Shown piece by piece: positions 49,128 through 59,331 of a DNA stretch of 64,000 nucleotides. The stretch's first letter is position 1. Every line of letters begins with the position of its first letter. This DNA comes from Myxococcota bacterium (lineage in GTDB: Bacteria > Myxococcota_A > UBA796 > UBA9615 > JAKLKC01). The stretch is from the NCBI GenBank assembly GCA_023150875.1, contig JAKLKC010000004.1, positions 15,993-79,992 of the forward strand, written 5' to 3'. The notes beneath the pieces are model-generated. The model was not told the origin of the DNA. It saw only the letters and a list, made by a program, of their open reading frames with translations, and did not search any database. Made by a program: the position numbers and the translations under genes.

Positions 49128-49365
49128 GATCGACCTCTCCCGCAGCCTTCAGGCCGGCCGCCCCGGCCCCGTCGCCGCGACGTGCGAGGCCGCCATGGTA
49201 GTGGGTATCGCCCCGGATCTCCAGCCCCCACCGCCTTTCACAGGCCGAGCCCGCGCGCTACGATGTCGTCGTCGGGACCGCGGCCGGCCCCCCGCCGGGG
49301 GGACGACGGCCGGGGGTCCCGGCGCGGCGGAACGGCTTCGGCCGAGTCCGGGGGGGTACCCGAGC

Positions 49366-50571
49366 ATGCGGGAGAGCCAGGAGCCGGAGTTCGATCCCGA
49401 TCGTTGTTTCCGCGAGGTCCGGACACGGGTCCCCGCCTGGCTGCCACCGGTCGGGCGGCTCTCGTTGCGGCGCGACGTCACCCGGGAGACCCTCGGCGGC
49501 CTCGCGGTGGACGCGGAGCTTCAGCTCGACGCAGGTGCCCGGCCGGTCACCCTCTCCTTCCTGTTCCGGAAGGACGTCGACCAGGACCTCGTGGACTGGC
49601 TCGGGCGGATCCAGCTCGCGGGGGACGCGGAGCGGGAGCGGTGGGTGGTGGTGACGGAGCGCTGTCCGCGCCAGGCCCGTCACGACCTGCGGGAGCGGGG
49701 GCTCGGTTACCTGGACCTGCACGGAAACGCGTTCATCCAGGTGCCCGGGCTCGCCACCATCTACCACCAGTCCCAGTGGAGCCCGGCGCCGCCCCCTGGG
49801 CTCTCGGAGCGCTCGGTGGTGGGCGGGGACCTGCGGGTGACGGCGACCTGGCTCGAGGTCTCCGTGGTGCTGCTCCTGTCCGCGTGGCAGGAACGCGGGA
49901 TGCCCGACGTCGCCACCCTGGCCCGGTTGCTGGAACGCAGTCCCCTGGCCATCGGTTGGGCATACCGCGAGCTGGCGAGTCTCGGCTACGTGACGTGGGC
50001 CGGGTCCGGGGCTCCCCCCGGACTGGAGGATCCCGCCCGCCTCCTGGACGACCTCGTGGAGGCCGCGCGGTTCCGGAGGCTTCTCCAACGCCACTCCCGC
50101 GGCTATCGGTTCGCCGACCACGTCTCCGTGGACGAGCTGACGGTCACGTCGCTGGAGTTCCCCGCCGGGGAGTCGGGCTCGAGCACCCCGACCGGAGCCC
50201 AGCTCGTGCACGCGGGGCTGAGCGGCCGGGTGCCCTTCGCGTTCGGCGGGCAGACGGCGGCCCGTCGCCTCCTGGGGGTGGGCGGCACCCCCGATCTGCT
50301 GGTCTACGTGCCCGCGGACCAGGTCCTGCGCGCAAGGGACGTCCTGCGCCTCGAGGATCCCGGCCCCCGGGCTCCCCACGTGCGTCTGGCCCGCCCCTTC
50401 GCCTCTCCCCTGTGGTCCATCGACGGCTTCACCACGTCTCCCGCGGGGGCGGCGCGGCCCGCGTGTCCCGTGCTCAATCCCGTCCAGGTGGTGCTCGATC
50501 TCGCCCAGTCCGACGCCGACCGGGATCGGCGGGCCGCGGCTCGCCTGAGGGAGCGGCTGCTCGGGTACTGA
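49366..50571 (+). CDS. Hypothetical protein (possible N-terminal winged-helix-like region)
   Basis: ATG 49366 in frame with the 48808..50571 track ORF. 401 aa, balanced composition. No family recognised with confidence. Confidence 0.55.
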   Translation: MRESQEPEFDPDRCFREVRTRVPAWLPPVGRLSLRRDVTRETLGGLAVDAELQLDAGARPVTLSFLFRKDVDQDLVDWLGRIQLAGDAERERWVVVTERCPRQARHDLRERGLGYLDLHGNAFIQVPGLATIYHQSQWSPAPPPGLSERSVVGGDLRVTATWLEVSVVLLLSAWQERGMPDVATLARLLERSPLAIGWAYRELASLGYVTWAGSGAPPGLEDPARLLDDLVEAARFRRLLQRHSRGYRFADHVSVDELTVTSLEFPAGESGSSTPTGAQLVHAGLSGRVPFAFGGQTAARRLLGVGGTPDLLVYVPADQVLRARDVLRLEDPGPRAPHVRLARPFASPLWSIDGFTTSPAGAARPACPVLNPVQVVLDLAQSDADRDRRAAARLRERLLGY

Positions 50572-50726
50572 CCGCCGGAGGCGGTGGGCCGGGGGCCCGG
50601 ATCCCGTCCGCGAGGTTGCGGCGGGCGCCGGGGTTGCTAGTCTGATGGAGAGATCGCGGGCGAATGTTCCTCTCCGCCCGCCCCCAGCCGCCCGCCGCGC
50701 GCCCCGCGGCCGCCACGGTCCGACCC

Positions 50727-51311
50727 ATGCCCATCCTCCCCATCTACGAGGTCCCCCATCCGATCCTGAAGCAGAAGGCGGCTCGGGTGGAGGTCGTCGA
50801 CGACGAGATCCGCAAGCTGATCGCCGACATGGCGGAGACCATGTACGCCGCCCCGGGCGTGGGGCTGGCGGCGCCCCAGGTGGGGGTCTCGAAGCGTGTT
50901 CTGGTGGCCGACGTCCCGGTGGGGGCGGACGGCGTTGCCGACGCCGGAGACGACTCCCGGCCCGAGTCCAGGGGGGCCGATCTCCTCGCCCTCGTGAACC
51001 CCGAGATCGTCGAGAGCCGCGGGGAGACCCGGTACGACGAAGGCTGCCTCTCGGTCCCGGACTTCGTGGAGCCGCTGAAGCGGTCGGCCGAGATCGTGGT
51101 GACGGGCCAGGACCGCGAGGGGGCATCGGTGCGGATCGTCGCCCGGGGCTTCTACGCGGTGGTGCTCCAGCACGAGATCGATCACCTGGACGGAGTCACC
51201 ATCCTCGACCGGGTCAGCAAGCTCAAGCGCAGCCTCTACCAGAGCCGCCGGGCCCGTGCGAAGGCCCGAGGCGACTCCAAGGCCGCCGAGCATCGTCCCG
51301 GCGCGATCTGA
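50727..51311 (+). CDS. def: Peptide deformylase
   Basis: Motif 1 GVGLAAPQVG, motif 2 EGCLSVPD, motif 3 QHEIDHLDG. Carries a ~16-aa insertion (VGADGVADAGDDSRPESRG) between motifs 1 and 2 relative to E. coli Def. Start at MPILPIYEV. Confidence 0.9.
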   Translation: MPILPIYEVPHPILKQKAARVEVVDDEIRKLIADMAETMYAAPGVGLAAPQVGVSKRVLVADVPVGADGVADAGDDSRPESRGADLLALVNPEIVESRGETRYDEGCLSVPDFVEPLKRSAEIVVTGQDREGASVRIVARGFYAVVLQHEIDHLDGVTILDRVSKLKRSLYQSRRARAKARGDSKAAEHRPGAI

Positions 51312-51384
51312 GCCGGTGGCTCCTCGCCCCACCCCTCCGGACGCCGCCCCTGCGCCCGCCTTGAGGTTCGAGGATGCCCGGCCC

Positions 51385-52329
51385 ATGCGGGTGGTCTTCA
51401 TGGGCACGCCGGCGCTGGCGCTCCCGACCCTGGAGGCCCTGCTCTCCCGTCCCGATGAGTTCGACGTGGTGGGGGTGGTGACCCAGCCGGACCGGCCGGC
51501 GGGTCGGGGCCAGAGCTTGCGGAGTCCCCCGGTGGCGGCCCTCGCCACCCGCCTGGGACTTCCCCTGGCGCAGCCCAAGGGGGTGCGGGGGCCGTCCTTT
51601 CTCGGGACGCTGGCGGGGTGGGCCCCCGACGTCGCGGTGGTGGTGGCCTTCGGCCGCATCCTGCCCCGGACGGTGCTGGACCTGCCCCGCCTCGGCTGCG
51701 TCAACGTCCACGCCTCTCTGCTGCCGGCCTACCGGGGCGCGGGGCCCATCCAGAGGGCGATCCTGGACGGTCACCCGGTCACGGGGGTGACGACCATGTG
51801 GATGGACGAGGGGCTCGACACCGGCCCGATGCTGCTCCGGGCCGAGGAGGCCATCGGCGCCGGCGACACCGCCGCCTCCCTGGGCGAGAGGCTGGGCCAC
51901 CTGGGGGCACGGGTGCTGGTGGAGACGCTGCGGGCGATCCGGTGCGGCGGCGTGGTGCCGGAGCCCCAGGACCCCTCCCGGGCGAGCCTCGCGCCCCTCC
52001 TCCAGAAGGAGGACGGCCGCCTGGACTTCCGCCGGCCTGCCCAGGAGCTGGAGCGGGTGGTGCGGGGCACCTGGCCCTGGCCGGGGGCCTTCACGACGCT
52101 GGGGAGCCGGGTCCTGAAGGTCCACCGCGCGGCGGTACCGCCGGGCTTGGCCCCGCCGGGGACGGAGCCGGGCACGGTCCTGGCGGTGGGGGAACAGGGC
52201 CTGGACGTGGCCTGCGGCGAGGGCGTGCTCCGCCTGGCGGAACTGCAGCCCGAGGGGCGGCGGCCGATGGCCGCCTCCGCCTTTGCCAACGGGCACCCCG
52301 ATCTGCTAGGAAGCCGCCTGGGCGCGTGA
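51385..52329 (+). CDS. fmt: Methionyl-tRNA formyltransferase
   Basis: MRVVFMGTPALALPTLEALL.., formyl-transferase core VNVHASLLPAYRGAGPIQRAILDG, and a C-terminal Fmt domain. Directly downstream of def. Confidence 0.9.
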   Translation: MRVVFMGTPALALPTLEALLSRPDEFDVVGVVTQPDRPAGRGQSLRSPPVAALATRLGLPLAQPKGVRGPSFLGTLAGWAPDVAVVVAFGRILPRTVLDLPRLGCVNVHASLLPAYRGAGPIQRAILDGHPVTGVTTMWMDEGLDTGPMLLRAEEAIGAGDTAASLGERLGHLGARVLVETLRAIRCGGVVPEPQDPSRASLAPLLQKEDGRLDFRRPAQELERVVRGTWPWPGAFTTLGSRVLKVHRAAVPPGLAPPGTEPGTVLAVGEQGLDVACGEGVLRLAELQPEGRRPMAASAFANGHPDLLGSRLGA

Positions 52330-52393
52330 GGGACCGGAGCGCCCTCCCACCGGGCCCACCGTCCGCGGGGTCGTCCCCGAGGGAGGCATCGCC

Positions 52394-53104
52394 GTGACCG
52401 CGACCTCGAACCGGAGCTGGAAGATCGCCCCCTCGATCCTGTCGGCGGACTTCGCCCGCCTGGGGGAGGAGGTGCGCGCGTGCGAGGCGGCCGGGGCGGA
52501 CTGGGTCCACGTGGACGTGATGGACGGGAGCTTCGTCCCCAACATCACCATCGGCCCCCTGGTGCTGGAGGCCGCCCGGCGGTCGACCTCGCTGCCGATG
52601 GACGTGCACCTGATGATCGTGGAGCCCGAGCGGCACCTGCGCGCCTTCGCCGAGGCGGGCGCGAGCGTGATCACCGTCCACGCCGAGGCGTGCCCGCACC
52701 TGCACAACACCGTGCGGATGCTCAAGCACGACGAGCCTTACCGGAGCCTGGGGATCCGCGCGGGGGTGGCCCTGAACCCCCACACCCCCATCTCGGCCCT
52801 GGACTACGTCCTCCCGGACCTGGACCTGGTCGTGGTGATGACCGTCAACCCCGGCTGGGGTGCCCAGCCCTACATCCCCCGCACCCTTCGCAAGCTCGAG
52901 GAGCTGAGGGAGCGCTTCGCCCGCCTGGGCCTCACGGATCCCCCCCTCCTGGAGGTCGACGGCGGCGTCAAGGTCTCGAACGCACACGAGTTCGCCCTCG
53001 CCGACGTCCTGGTGTGCGGCTCCGGCCTCTTCCACTACCCGGACGGCACCTACGCCGACGCCGTGTCTGGCCTCCGCCGCCAGCTCGCCACCACCCTGAC
53101 CTGA
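52394..53104 (+). CDS. rpe: Ribulose-phosphate 3-epimerase
   Basis: ..IAPSILSADFARLGEEV..GADWVHVDVMDGSFVPNITIGP.. ..MTVNPGWGAQ.. are classic Rpe motifs. Confidence 0.9.
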   Translation: MTATSNRSWKIAPSILSADFARLGEEVRACEAAGADWVHVDVMDGSFVPNITIGPLVLEAARRSTSLPMDVHLMIVEPERHLRAFAEAGASVITVHAEACPHLHNTVRMLKHDEPYRSLGIRAGVALNPHTPISALDYVLPDLDLVVVMTVNPGWGAQPYIPRTLRKLEELRERFARLGLTDPPLLEVDGGVKVSNAHEFALADVLVCGSGLFHYPDGTYADAVSGLRRQLATTLT

Positions 53105-53211
53105 AAGCCGCGCCGCCGCCACGGCGGGGCCACCGCCCTCCTTGACACCCGCCCTCCCACCCCCTATCCTCCCTCGCGCCTCGCGGCCCCACGCGGTCCG
53201 CGTCGCCTCAT

Positions 53212-53288
53212 CGGGGCGTAGCGCAGCCTGGTAGCGCACCTGCTTCGGGAGCAGGGAGCCGGAGGTTCAAATCCTCTCGCCCCGACCA
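53212..53288 (+). tRNA. tRNA-Pro (anticodon CGG)
   Basis: Acceptor cggggcg/cgccccg, D-stem gcgc/gcgc, anticodon stem cctgc/gcagg loop ttCGGga, T-arm ggagg-ttcaaat-cctct, CCA encoded. Confidence 0.85.
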
Positions 53289-53431
53289 CTGAAGAAGCAA
53301 AGGGGTTCCGGGTACTTTGCCCGGGACCCCTTTGTTGCTTTCGAACAGGCGGCCCTTGCGGCCGACCCTCGGCTGGCGCCCAACACCGTGGATGCACCGC
53401 GCCGCCGGGTTGACCGGCGCGGAGAGGTGGG

Positions 53432-54637
53432 CTAGCCGCCCAGCGGATCGATGCTGGTTCGACGCCCGAGGTACTGCCTGAACTTGGGCGCCGTATACTC
53501 ATACTCCCCCTTCCGGATCCGGTAGAGGACGCCGGCCTCGACGAGGCGGCCGAGGAGGACGTTGACGTTGCCCGGCGTCTTGTCCACATGGGTATTGAGA
53601 TTCGCCGTCCGCACCGGCGGATACGGGCATCTTGCCGTGGCGAGTAGGACATCCTGCTCGGCGGGAGTGAGTGTCGACACCCGAGGCTCGTAGAAGTCAA
53701 TGTCCAGGCGCCGGTAGATTTCCGGGGTCGTCGCATCCAGCAGTGGGGGGTCGAACGTAGTGCGCCCGACGTACCGAGCTGCGTCCCAAAGCTCTGCGCC
53801 CCAGAGCTGAATGAAGTAGGGATATCCCTCGACCTCCTCCACCACCCGCCGGACGACTTCGTCATCGATCTGCATGGACCGCGATTCCAGGGGCCTCGAG
53901 AGCGCGGCGGCCGCCTCGACCGGAGGCAAGCGACCTAACTCCTCACCCCTGAACATTCGTTCCGTGTACGAGCGGGCCCGGAGCAAATTGCCGGTGAGCG
54001 TGGGCAGGCCACAGAGGACGAGCCCCACTGGAAGCTCCAGGCGTTGAAGCGCGGATATCGCGGTAATCAGGAGGGATAGCGGGTGCTCTCCCCGCCGATC
54101 CCGTTCGTCCCTGATCACCTGGGCCTCGTCCAGTAGAAGCACCAAGCCCTCTCTGCCATGCTCCGCTGCGGTGCGCACGCCGTCAAGCAGGCACCGCGCC
54201 AGGTCGACAGAGCCACCGATGGAGCCAGCCCCGAGGGTGATGGTGATGTCGTTGTAGGTGACGCCTACGGAGGCCAGCGCGCCCCGGGTCACGGTCCCCA
54301 GCGAATGCTTGATTCGCTCCATGGTCGAGATGCGGCGTTGGGCCTCCTGGACGAGTGCGATGACTGCTCGCGCCATCCCTTCGTCGTGGTTGTGGCCGGG
54401 ACCGAATTCCAGCGAGCAGGGTTCCCAGCCCGCCTCCTGCGCGACCTCCGCAAGTCGGGCCAGGAGCACCGTCTTGCCCACCCCGCGCAGCCCTGTGAGG
54501 CGTGTATTCGCCGGGACCGCCGGGGCAGACCGAAGCGTGGCAAGAAACCGACGCTGCGGCGCGTCGCGACCGGCGAGATAGGCCGGTCTGGTCCCGACCC
54601 CCGGCCGGTAGGGATTCCGTCCCGAAAGTTCAGACAT
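53432..54637 (-). CDS. Archaeal-type AAA ATPase (Arch_ATPase-like) with C-terminal DUF234-like winged helix
   Basis: NPYRPGVGTRPAYLAGRDAPQRRF.. Walker A GLRGVGKTVLLARL, Walker B LVLLLDEAQ, C-terminal ..LLGRLVEAGVLYRIRKGEYEYTAPKF. Sits immediately after tRNA-Pro(CGG) next to a visibly lower-GC patch (54640-54990). Confidence 0.75.
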   Translation of the reverse strand: MSELSGRNPYRPGVGTRPAYLAGRDAPQRRFLATLRSAPAVPANTRLTGLRGVGKTVLLARLAEVAQEAGWEPCSLEFGPGHNHDEGMARAVIALVQEAQRRISTMERIKHSLGTVTRGALASVGVTYNDITITLGAGSIGGSVDLARCLLDGVRTAAEHGREGLVLLLDEAQVIRDERDRRGEHPLSLLITAISALQRLELPVGLVLCGLPTLTGNLLRARSYTERMFRGEELGRLPPVEAAAALSRPLESRSMQIDDEVVRRVVEEVEGYPYFIQLWGAELWDAARYVGRTTFDPPLLDATTPEIYRRLDIDFYEPRVSTLTPAEQDVLLATARCPYPPVRTANLNTHVDKTPGNVNVLLGRLVEAGVLYRIRKGEYEYTAPKFRQYLGRRTSIDPLGG

Positions 54638-55017
54638 GACGATGAATGTTTAAAGATCGCCGAATTCAAAGTCAAGCTCCTTGTAAGGGCATCTTCGAGC
54701 GGCATGAGGACGCCCGGACTTCGAGGACACGTGGCACGCACTCGGGCGCGGCGGCGGCGATCCCGTTCGAAACTCGTCCGATGAGCCCGACCATCGAAAT
54801 AGCAGAGTCGTCGACGCCGGCCCGCTGGTACTTACGGGCGGCCACCCGGTGCCCGCAGTCGAGCACGTCGTACTCGACGAGCCCGGCCGCTGGGCTCCAT
54901 CCTCCATTGGTCGACCACCTGGTCGACGGCGCCGTCGAAGTAGACCTGGATTCCGCGGCTCGTCCTGTGGAGCACTCCGAGGAGTTCGCAGCGAGATATC
55001 GTGATAGAGTAGATGTC

Positions 55018-55728
55018 ATGATTTCTCCTCTTCTCGACCTCGCGGTCACCCTCACCCGCCAGACCGGCCGCGCCCCCACCCTGGCTGAGCTGGCGGACGC
55101 CGCGGGCGTGTCCCGTGCCACGGTGTACCGGACGTTCGCCAACCAACAGGGGCTCCTGGAACAGCTCCAGGCACGAGGCGAAGCGGTGCCCGAGCAGAGC
55201 CGGGCCGTGTTCGAGGCTGTCCGCTCCGTGATCCTCGAGCACGGACTGGACGGCTTCTCGCTGGACACAGTGGCACGACGCGCCGGGGTGTCCGTCGCTA
55301 CCCTGCACCGCCGTCACCGAGGGCGTGACGAGCTGCTCTTCACGTTCTTCGACCAGCTCTCCCCGCGCACGGAGGCATGGCGGCTCGGAGCCGACGGAAA
55401 CGCAGAGGAGGTGCTCGCGACCTTCGCGACGCAGATCTCCGAGTGGATCTCCGCGAACGCCGCGCTGCTGGTCGCCGCGTTCTCCAGTTCGCCGCGGACG
55501 CGGAGCCGGCTCCTGTCGCTTCGCGCGGCGGACGTCGGCACGCAAGAGGCGCTCGCCGAGTGGCTCCGCCTTCGGGGAGAAGCATCGGGGCGACCCGTCC
55601 CGGACCCTCTCCGCGCCGCCCGAGCCTTCCTCGGTGCGGTGCTCGGGCTCAGCGCCGCCGGCCCGCTGACGGAGGATGGGGCGCGGTGGTGGGCACGCAC
55701 CTTCCTCGCTGGCTTGGGGTTGGCGTGA
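55018..55728 (+). CDS. TetR/AcrR-family transcriptional regulator
   Basis: HTH ..TLAELADAAGVSRATVYRTFANQQGL.. and a second HTH-like LDTVARRAGVSVATLHRRH. 236 aa. Confidence 0.75.
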   Translation: MISPLLDLAVTLTRQTGRAPTLAELADAAGVSRATVYRTFANQQGLLEQLQARGEAVPEQSRAVFEAVRSVILEHGLDGFSLDTVARRAGVSVATLHRRHRGRDELLFTFFDQLSPRTEAWRLGADGNAEEVLATFATQISEWISANAALLVAAFSSSPRTRSRLLSLRAADVGTQEALAEWLRLRGEASGRPVPDPLRAARAFLGAVLGLSAAGPLTEDGARWWARTFLAGLGLA

Positions 55729-56168
55729 TCTCGCGGACCGTCGACCTGGGCGGCAAGGCCCGCGGCTTGGACCGCCTCCGCGAGCGGGGGTTCGCGGTGC
55801 CACCCTACGTGGTCGTCCCCCCGGGCGGCGGCGTGGCAGCCCCGGGCCCCGGCCCCTGGGCGGTCCGTTCCTCCGCGCTCGACGAGGACGGCGCCGAGCG
55901 CTCGCATGCCGGGCAATACCTCACCCGCCTCGGCGTGCCCGAAGCCGATCTCGCCGCCGCGGTCGCCGAGGTTTCGGCCTCGGGGGATCCGCCGCTCGCG
56001 GCCATCGTGCAGACGATGGTGCGCGCGGAGCTCGCCGGGGTCGTCTTCACGGCCGACCCGCGCAGCGGGGACGTTGACGTCGTGGTGGTCGAGTGGGTCG
56101 AGGGCCTGGGCGAGGACCTGGTCTCGGGGCGGGCGAGCCCACACCGCCCGGAGCGTACTTCCGCCTGA
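55724..56168 (+). pseudogene. Truncated N-terminal fragment of a PEP-utilising enzyme (PPDK_N ATP-grasp; PEP synthase/rifampin phosphotransferase-like)
   Basis: GTG 55724 overlaps the TetR stop (GTGA). ..LGGKARGLDRLRERGFAVPPYVVV.. VRSSALDEDGAERSHAGQYLT.. IVQTMVRAELAGVVFTADPRSGD..VVVEWVEGLGEDLVSGRASP match the PPDK_N motifs, but the ORF stops after 148 aa where ~700 aa more would be expected. Confidence 0.55.
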
Positions 56169-56414
56169 ACGTGGTCGTCTCGTGGCTCCTGGCGCTCCCA
56201 GGGTTGCGGTGGATCTCGCCCGCCCGGCTCGGCGGGCTCCTCGGCGGCAGCGAGGCCGAGATCGGCGCCGCGGTCGCGCGCCTGCGCCCCCGCGACCTGC
56301 CGTCTGCCGCGCTCTCCGCGAAAACGGTGCTCGCGGCTGGGCTCGGGTTGGGAGGTCCTCGGCGTACGCGCCCCGGCGGGGTCCCATCGGGGGCGACCGG
56401 CTCCCGGTGCGCTC

Positions 56415-57155
56415 CTACGGGCACTCCGGGTCCCGCGGGACGCCGGGGGTCTCGTCCGGGCACCCGCAATGGACTTCCCGCGACGTCACGTACCGCTCGC
56501 CGTTCCAGGCCAGGTACATCACCGTGCCCGCCAGGCCGGCGCATCCGTTCTTGCCCCATGCCTTGAGCAGGTGCAGCCCCTCCTTGGACTCGGGGAGGAC
56601 CTGGAGCGACTCGGCCTCAGCCCAGACCATGCCCCCATACCGGACGCACCCGCGGTTGGACAGGTAGAGAAGGTGCGGGTTGCTTGCCGTCCCCAGGAAC
56701 CCCTCCACCAGGAGATGCTCGGGCGTTCCGTCCCCGTCCACATCCGCGAGTCCCTCGCGAGAGAACCGCGAAGGATCGGTCGTGTCTTCCCCCCGGCCCT
56801 CCCGCTGGAGGTCGGCGCGGAGTTGCTGCACTGCGTGTTCGAGGGGGTCCGCGATGCACCCCCGGGTCGCCGGGGCGGGGGCGTCCGCGGGCACCGGCAC
56901 CGGAGAGGCCGGCGAGGGGGGCGGAGGATCGCTGGCGACGGGGACGGGTGACCCTGCCGAGGGTGGGGCGGCCGTCCCGGAGGCGGGGGGCACCTCCGCA
57001 CGCTCCGGTCCAGGCCCAGGAGCCTCCCCGGAGCACGCGACCAAGGAGAGGGCGGACAGCACGGAGAGCAGCGCAGCCCGCCCCTCCCACACTGAGACAC
57101 GAGACGGCAGCGACACGGCGCCCACCCTGGACTCAGGCCCCGAAACCGATCGCAC
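56415..57155 (-). CDS. Hypothetical lipoprotein (Cys-rich C-terminal domain)
   Basis: ..AALLSVLSALSLVACSGE lipobox, then a Pro-rich linker and a domain with 6 Cys. Confidence 0.55.
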   Translation of the reverse strand: MRSVSGPESRVGAVSLPSRVSVWEGRAALLSVLSALSLVACSGEAPGPGPERAEVPPASGTAAPPSAGSPVPVASDPPPPSPASPVPVPADAPAPATRGCIADPLEHAVQQLRADLQREGRGEDTTDPSRFSREGLADVDGDGTPEHLLVEGFLGTASNPHLLYLSNRGCVRYGGMVWAEAESLQVLPESKEGLHLLKAWGKNGCAGLAGTVMYLAWNGERYVTSREVHCGCPDETPGVPRDPECP

Positions 57156-57549
57156 GGACCTTCACCTTGTACACCGCGGCGCTCTGGTTCGGACTCCCCC
57201 GGCACACGCTCTGGACGGTGACCTCGAACCCGCCGTCGTAGCCGCCGTTTACGCCGTCCATGGGGGAGACTTCAACTACGGCATCGTGGGGTCGTCGCCG
57301 AGGGTGAAGACCCCGCCGATGCCGTTGAGAGGACAGGACGGTCGAGCGCTCGTCGCGCCGATCCGTTGCGGTACGTTACCCCCGTCGCCGGACCGATCAA
57401 GACGGGAACGGGCTCGGGGCGGGGACGCCGAGGTCGAGCCACGCCCCTTCGTCCCCACCACCCCGGATTGTGGCGTGGAGATCGAGGCGATGGGACGTAT
57501 CATCCTCTGGCCGGCGCGTCGATGCGGCGCCCGGAAGGGGGGCCCCAGC

Positions 57550-59331
57550 GTGCGCGCCTCGCCCTCGTCTCGCGTCCTCACGCTGAGCGGCCTCGTCTTC
57601 GTCCTGACGGGGGCGGCGGCCTCCGCTCAGCCCCCGGCCCCGTGCGCCGAAGGCGGTGCCGTCGGGGAACCGTGCCGTTCCACCGGGGGCATCGGTGTCC
57701 GGCTCGAGAAGGTCGCGTCCGGGATCGCCGTGTTGGCCGTCTTCGAGGGGCAGTCCGCCCACGCGGCCGGGCTCCAGGCGGGCGACGTCATCGTTCGCGT
57801 CGCCGGCGTCGACGTCGCTTCCCAGTCGCTCGGCGAGGCGGTCAGCCGGATCACGGGGCCCGCGGGGACCTCGGTGCGGATCGAGGTGGTGCGGGGAGGC
57901 GGACGCCTGGTCTTCGACGTGACCCGGCGCGCCGTCGATCTCGGGACCGCGGGGATCGTCTGTGTCGAGGGGGAGTGTGTCCACGGTGAGGGGGTCCAAC
58001 GGGACGCCCAGGGCGTGGTGCGCCGAGGCACCTTCTCGGGGGGCTTCCTCAACGGGTCGGGACGGATGGAGTGGCCCGACGGCCGGGTGATCGAGGGGAC
58101 GTTCAAGGCCGGAGTGCTGTCGGGGCAGGGCCGGCTCGCCCAACCCGACGGGACGGTGTTCACGGGGAGCTTCGTCGGCGGGATGCGCCACGGGACCGTC
58201 CGGACCACCCACCCCGACGGCGCGTGGACCGAGGACCGCTGGGCCGAGGACCGCCTCGCCGAGGCCCTGCGATACGGTGGCCCCGGCTTCACCTGCGAGC
58301 GGGGAGACTGCTTCGACGGCCAGGGTTCCGTGCTCTGGGCGAACGGGGACTCTTGGGAGGGAGCGTTCCGCAACGGTGCGATGGCAGGGGTGGGCGTCCA
58401 CCGGACGAAGGAGGGTCGGCGCTGCGAGTTGACGTTCACCAGCGACGTGGACCAGCGGGGGCGCTGCACCTGGCCGGACGGGGGCCGCTACGAGGGCACC
58501 CTCAGGGGAGTCGTGCTCCACGGCAGCGGGACCTACACGGCGCCGGACGGGCGCGTCTACCGCGGCGAGTTCCGGGACGGCGCGCGGCACGGGCGGGGGA
58601 CCTTCCGCTGGCCGGAGGGCATCGTGCGCGACGCGCTCTGGGACGATGGGCAGACGACGGGTGCGTTCACGCAGACCTGGCCCGACGGACGTCGCTACGC
58701 GGGCACCCTCGATTGGGGCGTCACCACCTGGCCCGACGGACGCCGGTACGAGGGCAAGCACTCCGAGGGTGTGGCGCCGGAGGAGGCGAGCACCGGGGGG
58801 AGATCGCCGCAGGACCGGGCGCCGACGGGAACGCAGGCACCTGCCGCGAGCTCGGGACCGGTCGTCGCTCCGGCCCTGCCCCCCCGCGGAGGATTGCCCC
58901 GGGGTCGAGAGGTCGCAGGCGAGCTTCCGCCCCCCAGCCCCGGCCGGGCTCCGGACAAGAAGAACTGGGCGTACTTCGCCGCGCTGATGCGAGGCACCGG
59001 GCTGAAGGTCGACTTCCCGCAGACGGACATCCAGCGCGCGAGCCGCGGCAAGGCGGCCACGGTCTATACGCTCGCGACCGGCAGCTACGATCAGTGCGCG
59101 ACGCGGGGGATGTGGATCCTCGCGGTGTTCGTGGCCGAAGGCCCCGTGCCCAGGGCCCAGTCGGTCGCGGTGATCTGCGAGGGCGGCCTCACCGCGGAGG
59201 TCCGGTACGACGGGGCGTCCGGATCGCTGCGGATGTACAGGGGGGAGCCCCTCGTCGCCGAGTTCCCCTGGCGCCCCGGGCCCGAGTTCGACCGCGCCGT
59301 CGCTGCCTGGTGGGGGTGGTTCTCGCCATGA
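57550..59331 (+). CDS. Secreted PDZ-domain protein with tandem MORN repeats
   Basis: GTG 57550 gives signal peptide (M)RASPSSRVLTLSGLVFVLTGAAASAQ; alternative ATG at 57490. PDZ ..IGVRLEKVASGIAVLAVFEGQSAHAAGLQAGDVIVRVAGVDV.., then at least 10 MORN-like repeats (G.G...WPDGR.YEG.F..G..HG.G). The upstream part of the 883-aa track ORF overlaps the lipoprotein gene and is noise. Confidence 0.7.
   Translation: MRASPSSRVLTLSGLVFVLTGAAASAQPPAPCAEGGAVGEPCRSTGGIGVRLEKVASGIAVLAVFEGQSAHAAGLQAGDVIVRVAGVDVASQSLGEAVSRITGPAGTSVRIEVVRGGGRLVFDVTRRAVDLGTAGIVCVEGECVHGEGVQRDAQGVVRRGTFSGGFLNGSGRMEWPDGRVIEGTFKAGVLSGQGRLAQPDGTVFTGSFVGGMRHGTVRTTHPDGAWTEDRWAEDRLAEALRYGGPGFTCERGDCFDGQGSVLWANGDSWEGAFRNGAMAGVGVHRTKEGRRCELTFTSDVDQRGRCTWPDGGRYEGTLRGVVLHGSGTYTAPDGRVYRGEFRDGARHGRGTFRWPEGIVRDALWDDGQTTGAFTQTWPDGRRYAGTLDWGVTTWPDGRRYEGKHSEGVAPEEASTGGRSPQDRAPTGTQAPAASSGPVVAPALPPRGGLPRGREVAGELPPPSPGRAPDKKNWAYFAALMRGTGLKVDFPQTDIQRASRGKAATVYTLATGSYDQCATRGMWILAVFVAEGPVPRAQSVAVICEGGLTAEVRYDGASGSLRMYRGEPLVAEFPWRPGPEFDRAVAAWWGWFSP

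Noticed and set aside
54650-55010. Small minus-strand ORFs (54650-54907, 54672-55268) in the lower-GC patch, one with a CGHRV...HNH-like hint
   Set aside because: Too short and ambiguous, with mutually overlapping frames and no convincing motif. Possibly gene scraps in a decayed island, but not annotatable.
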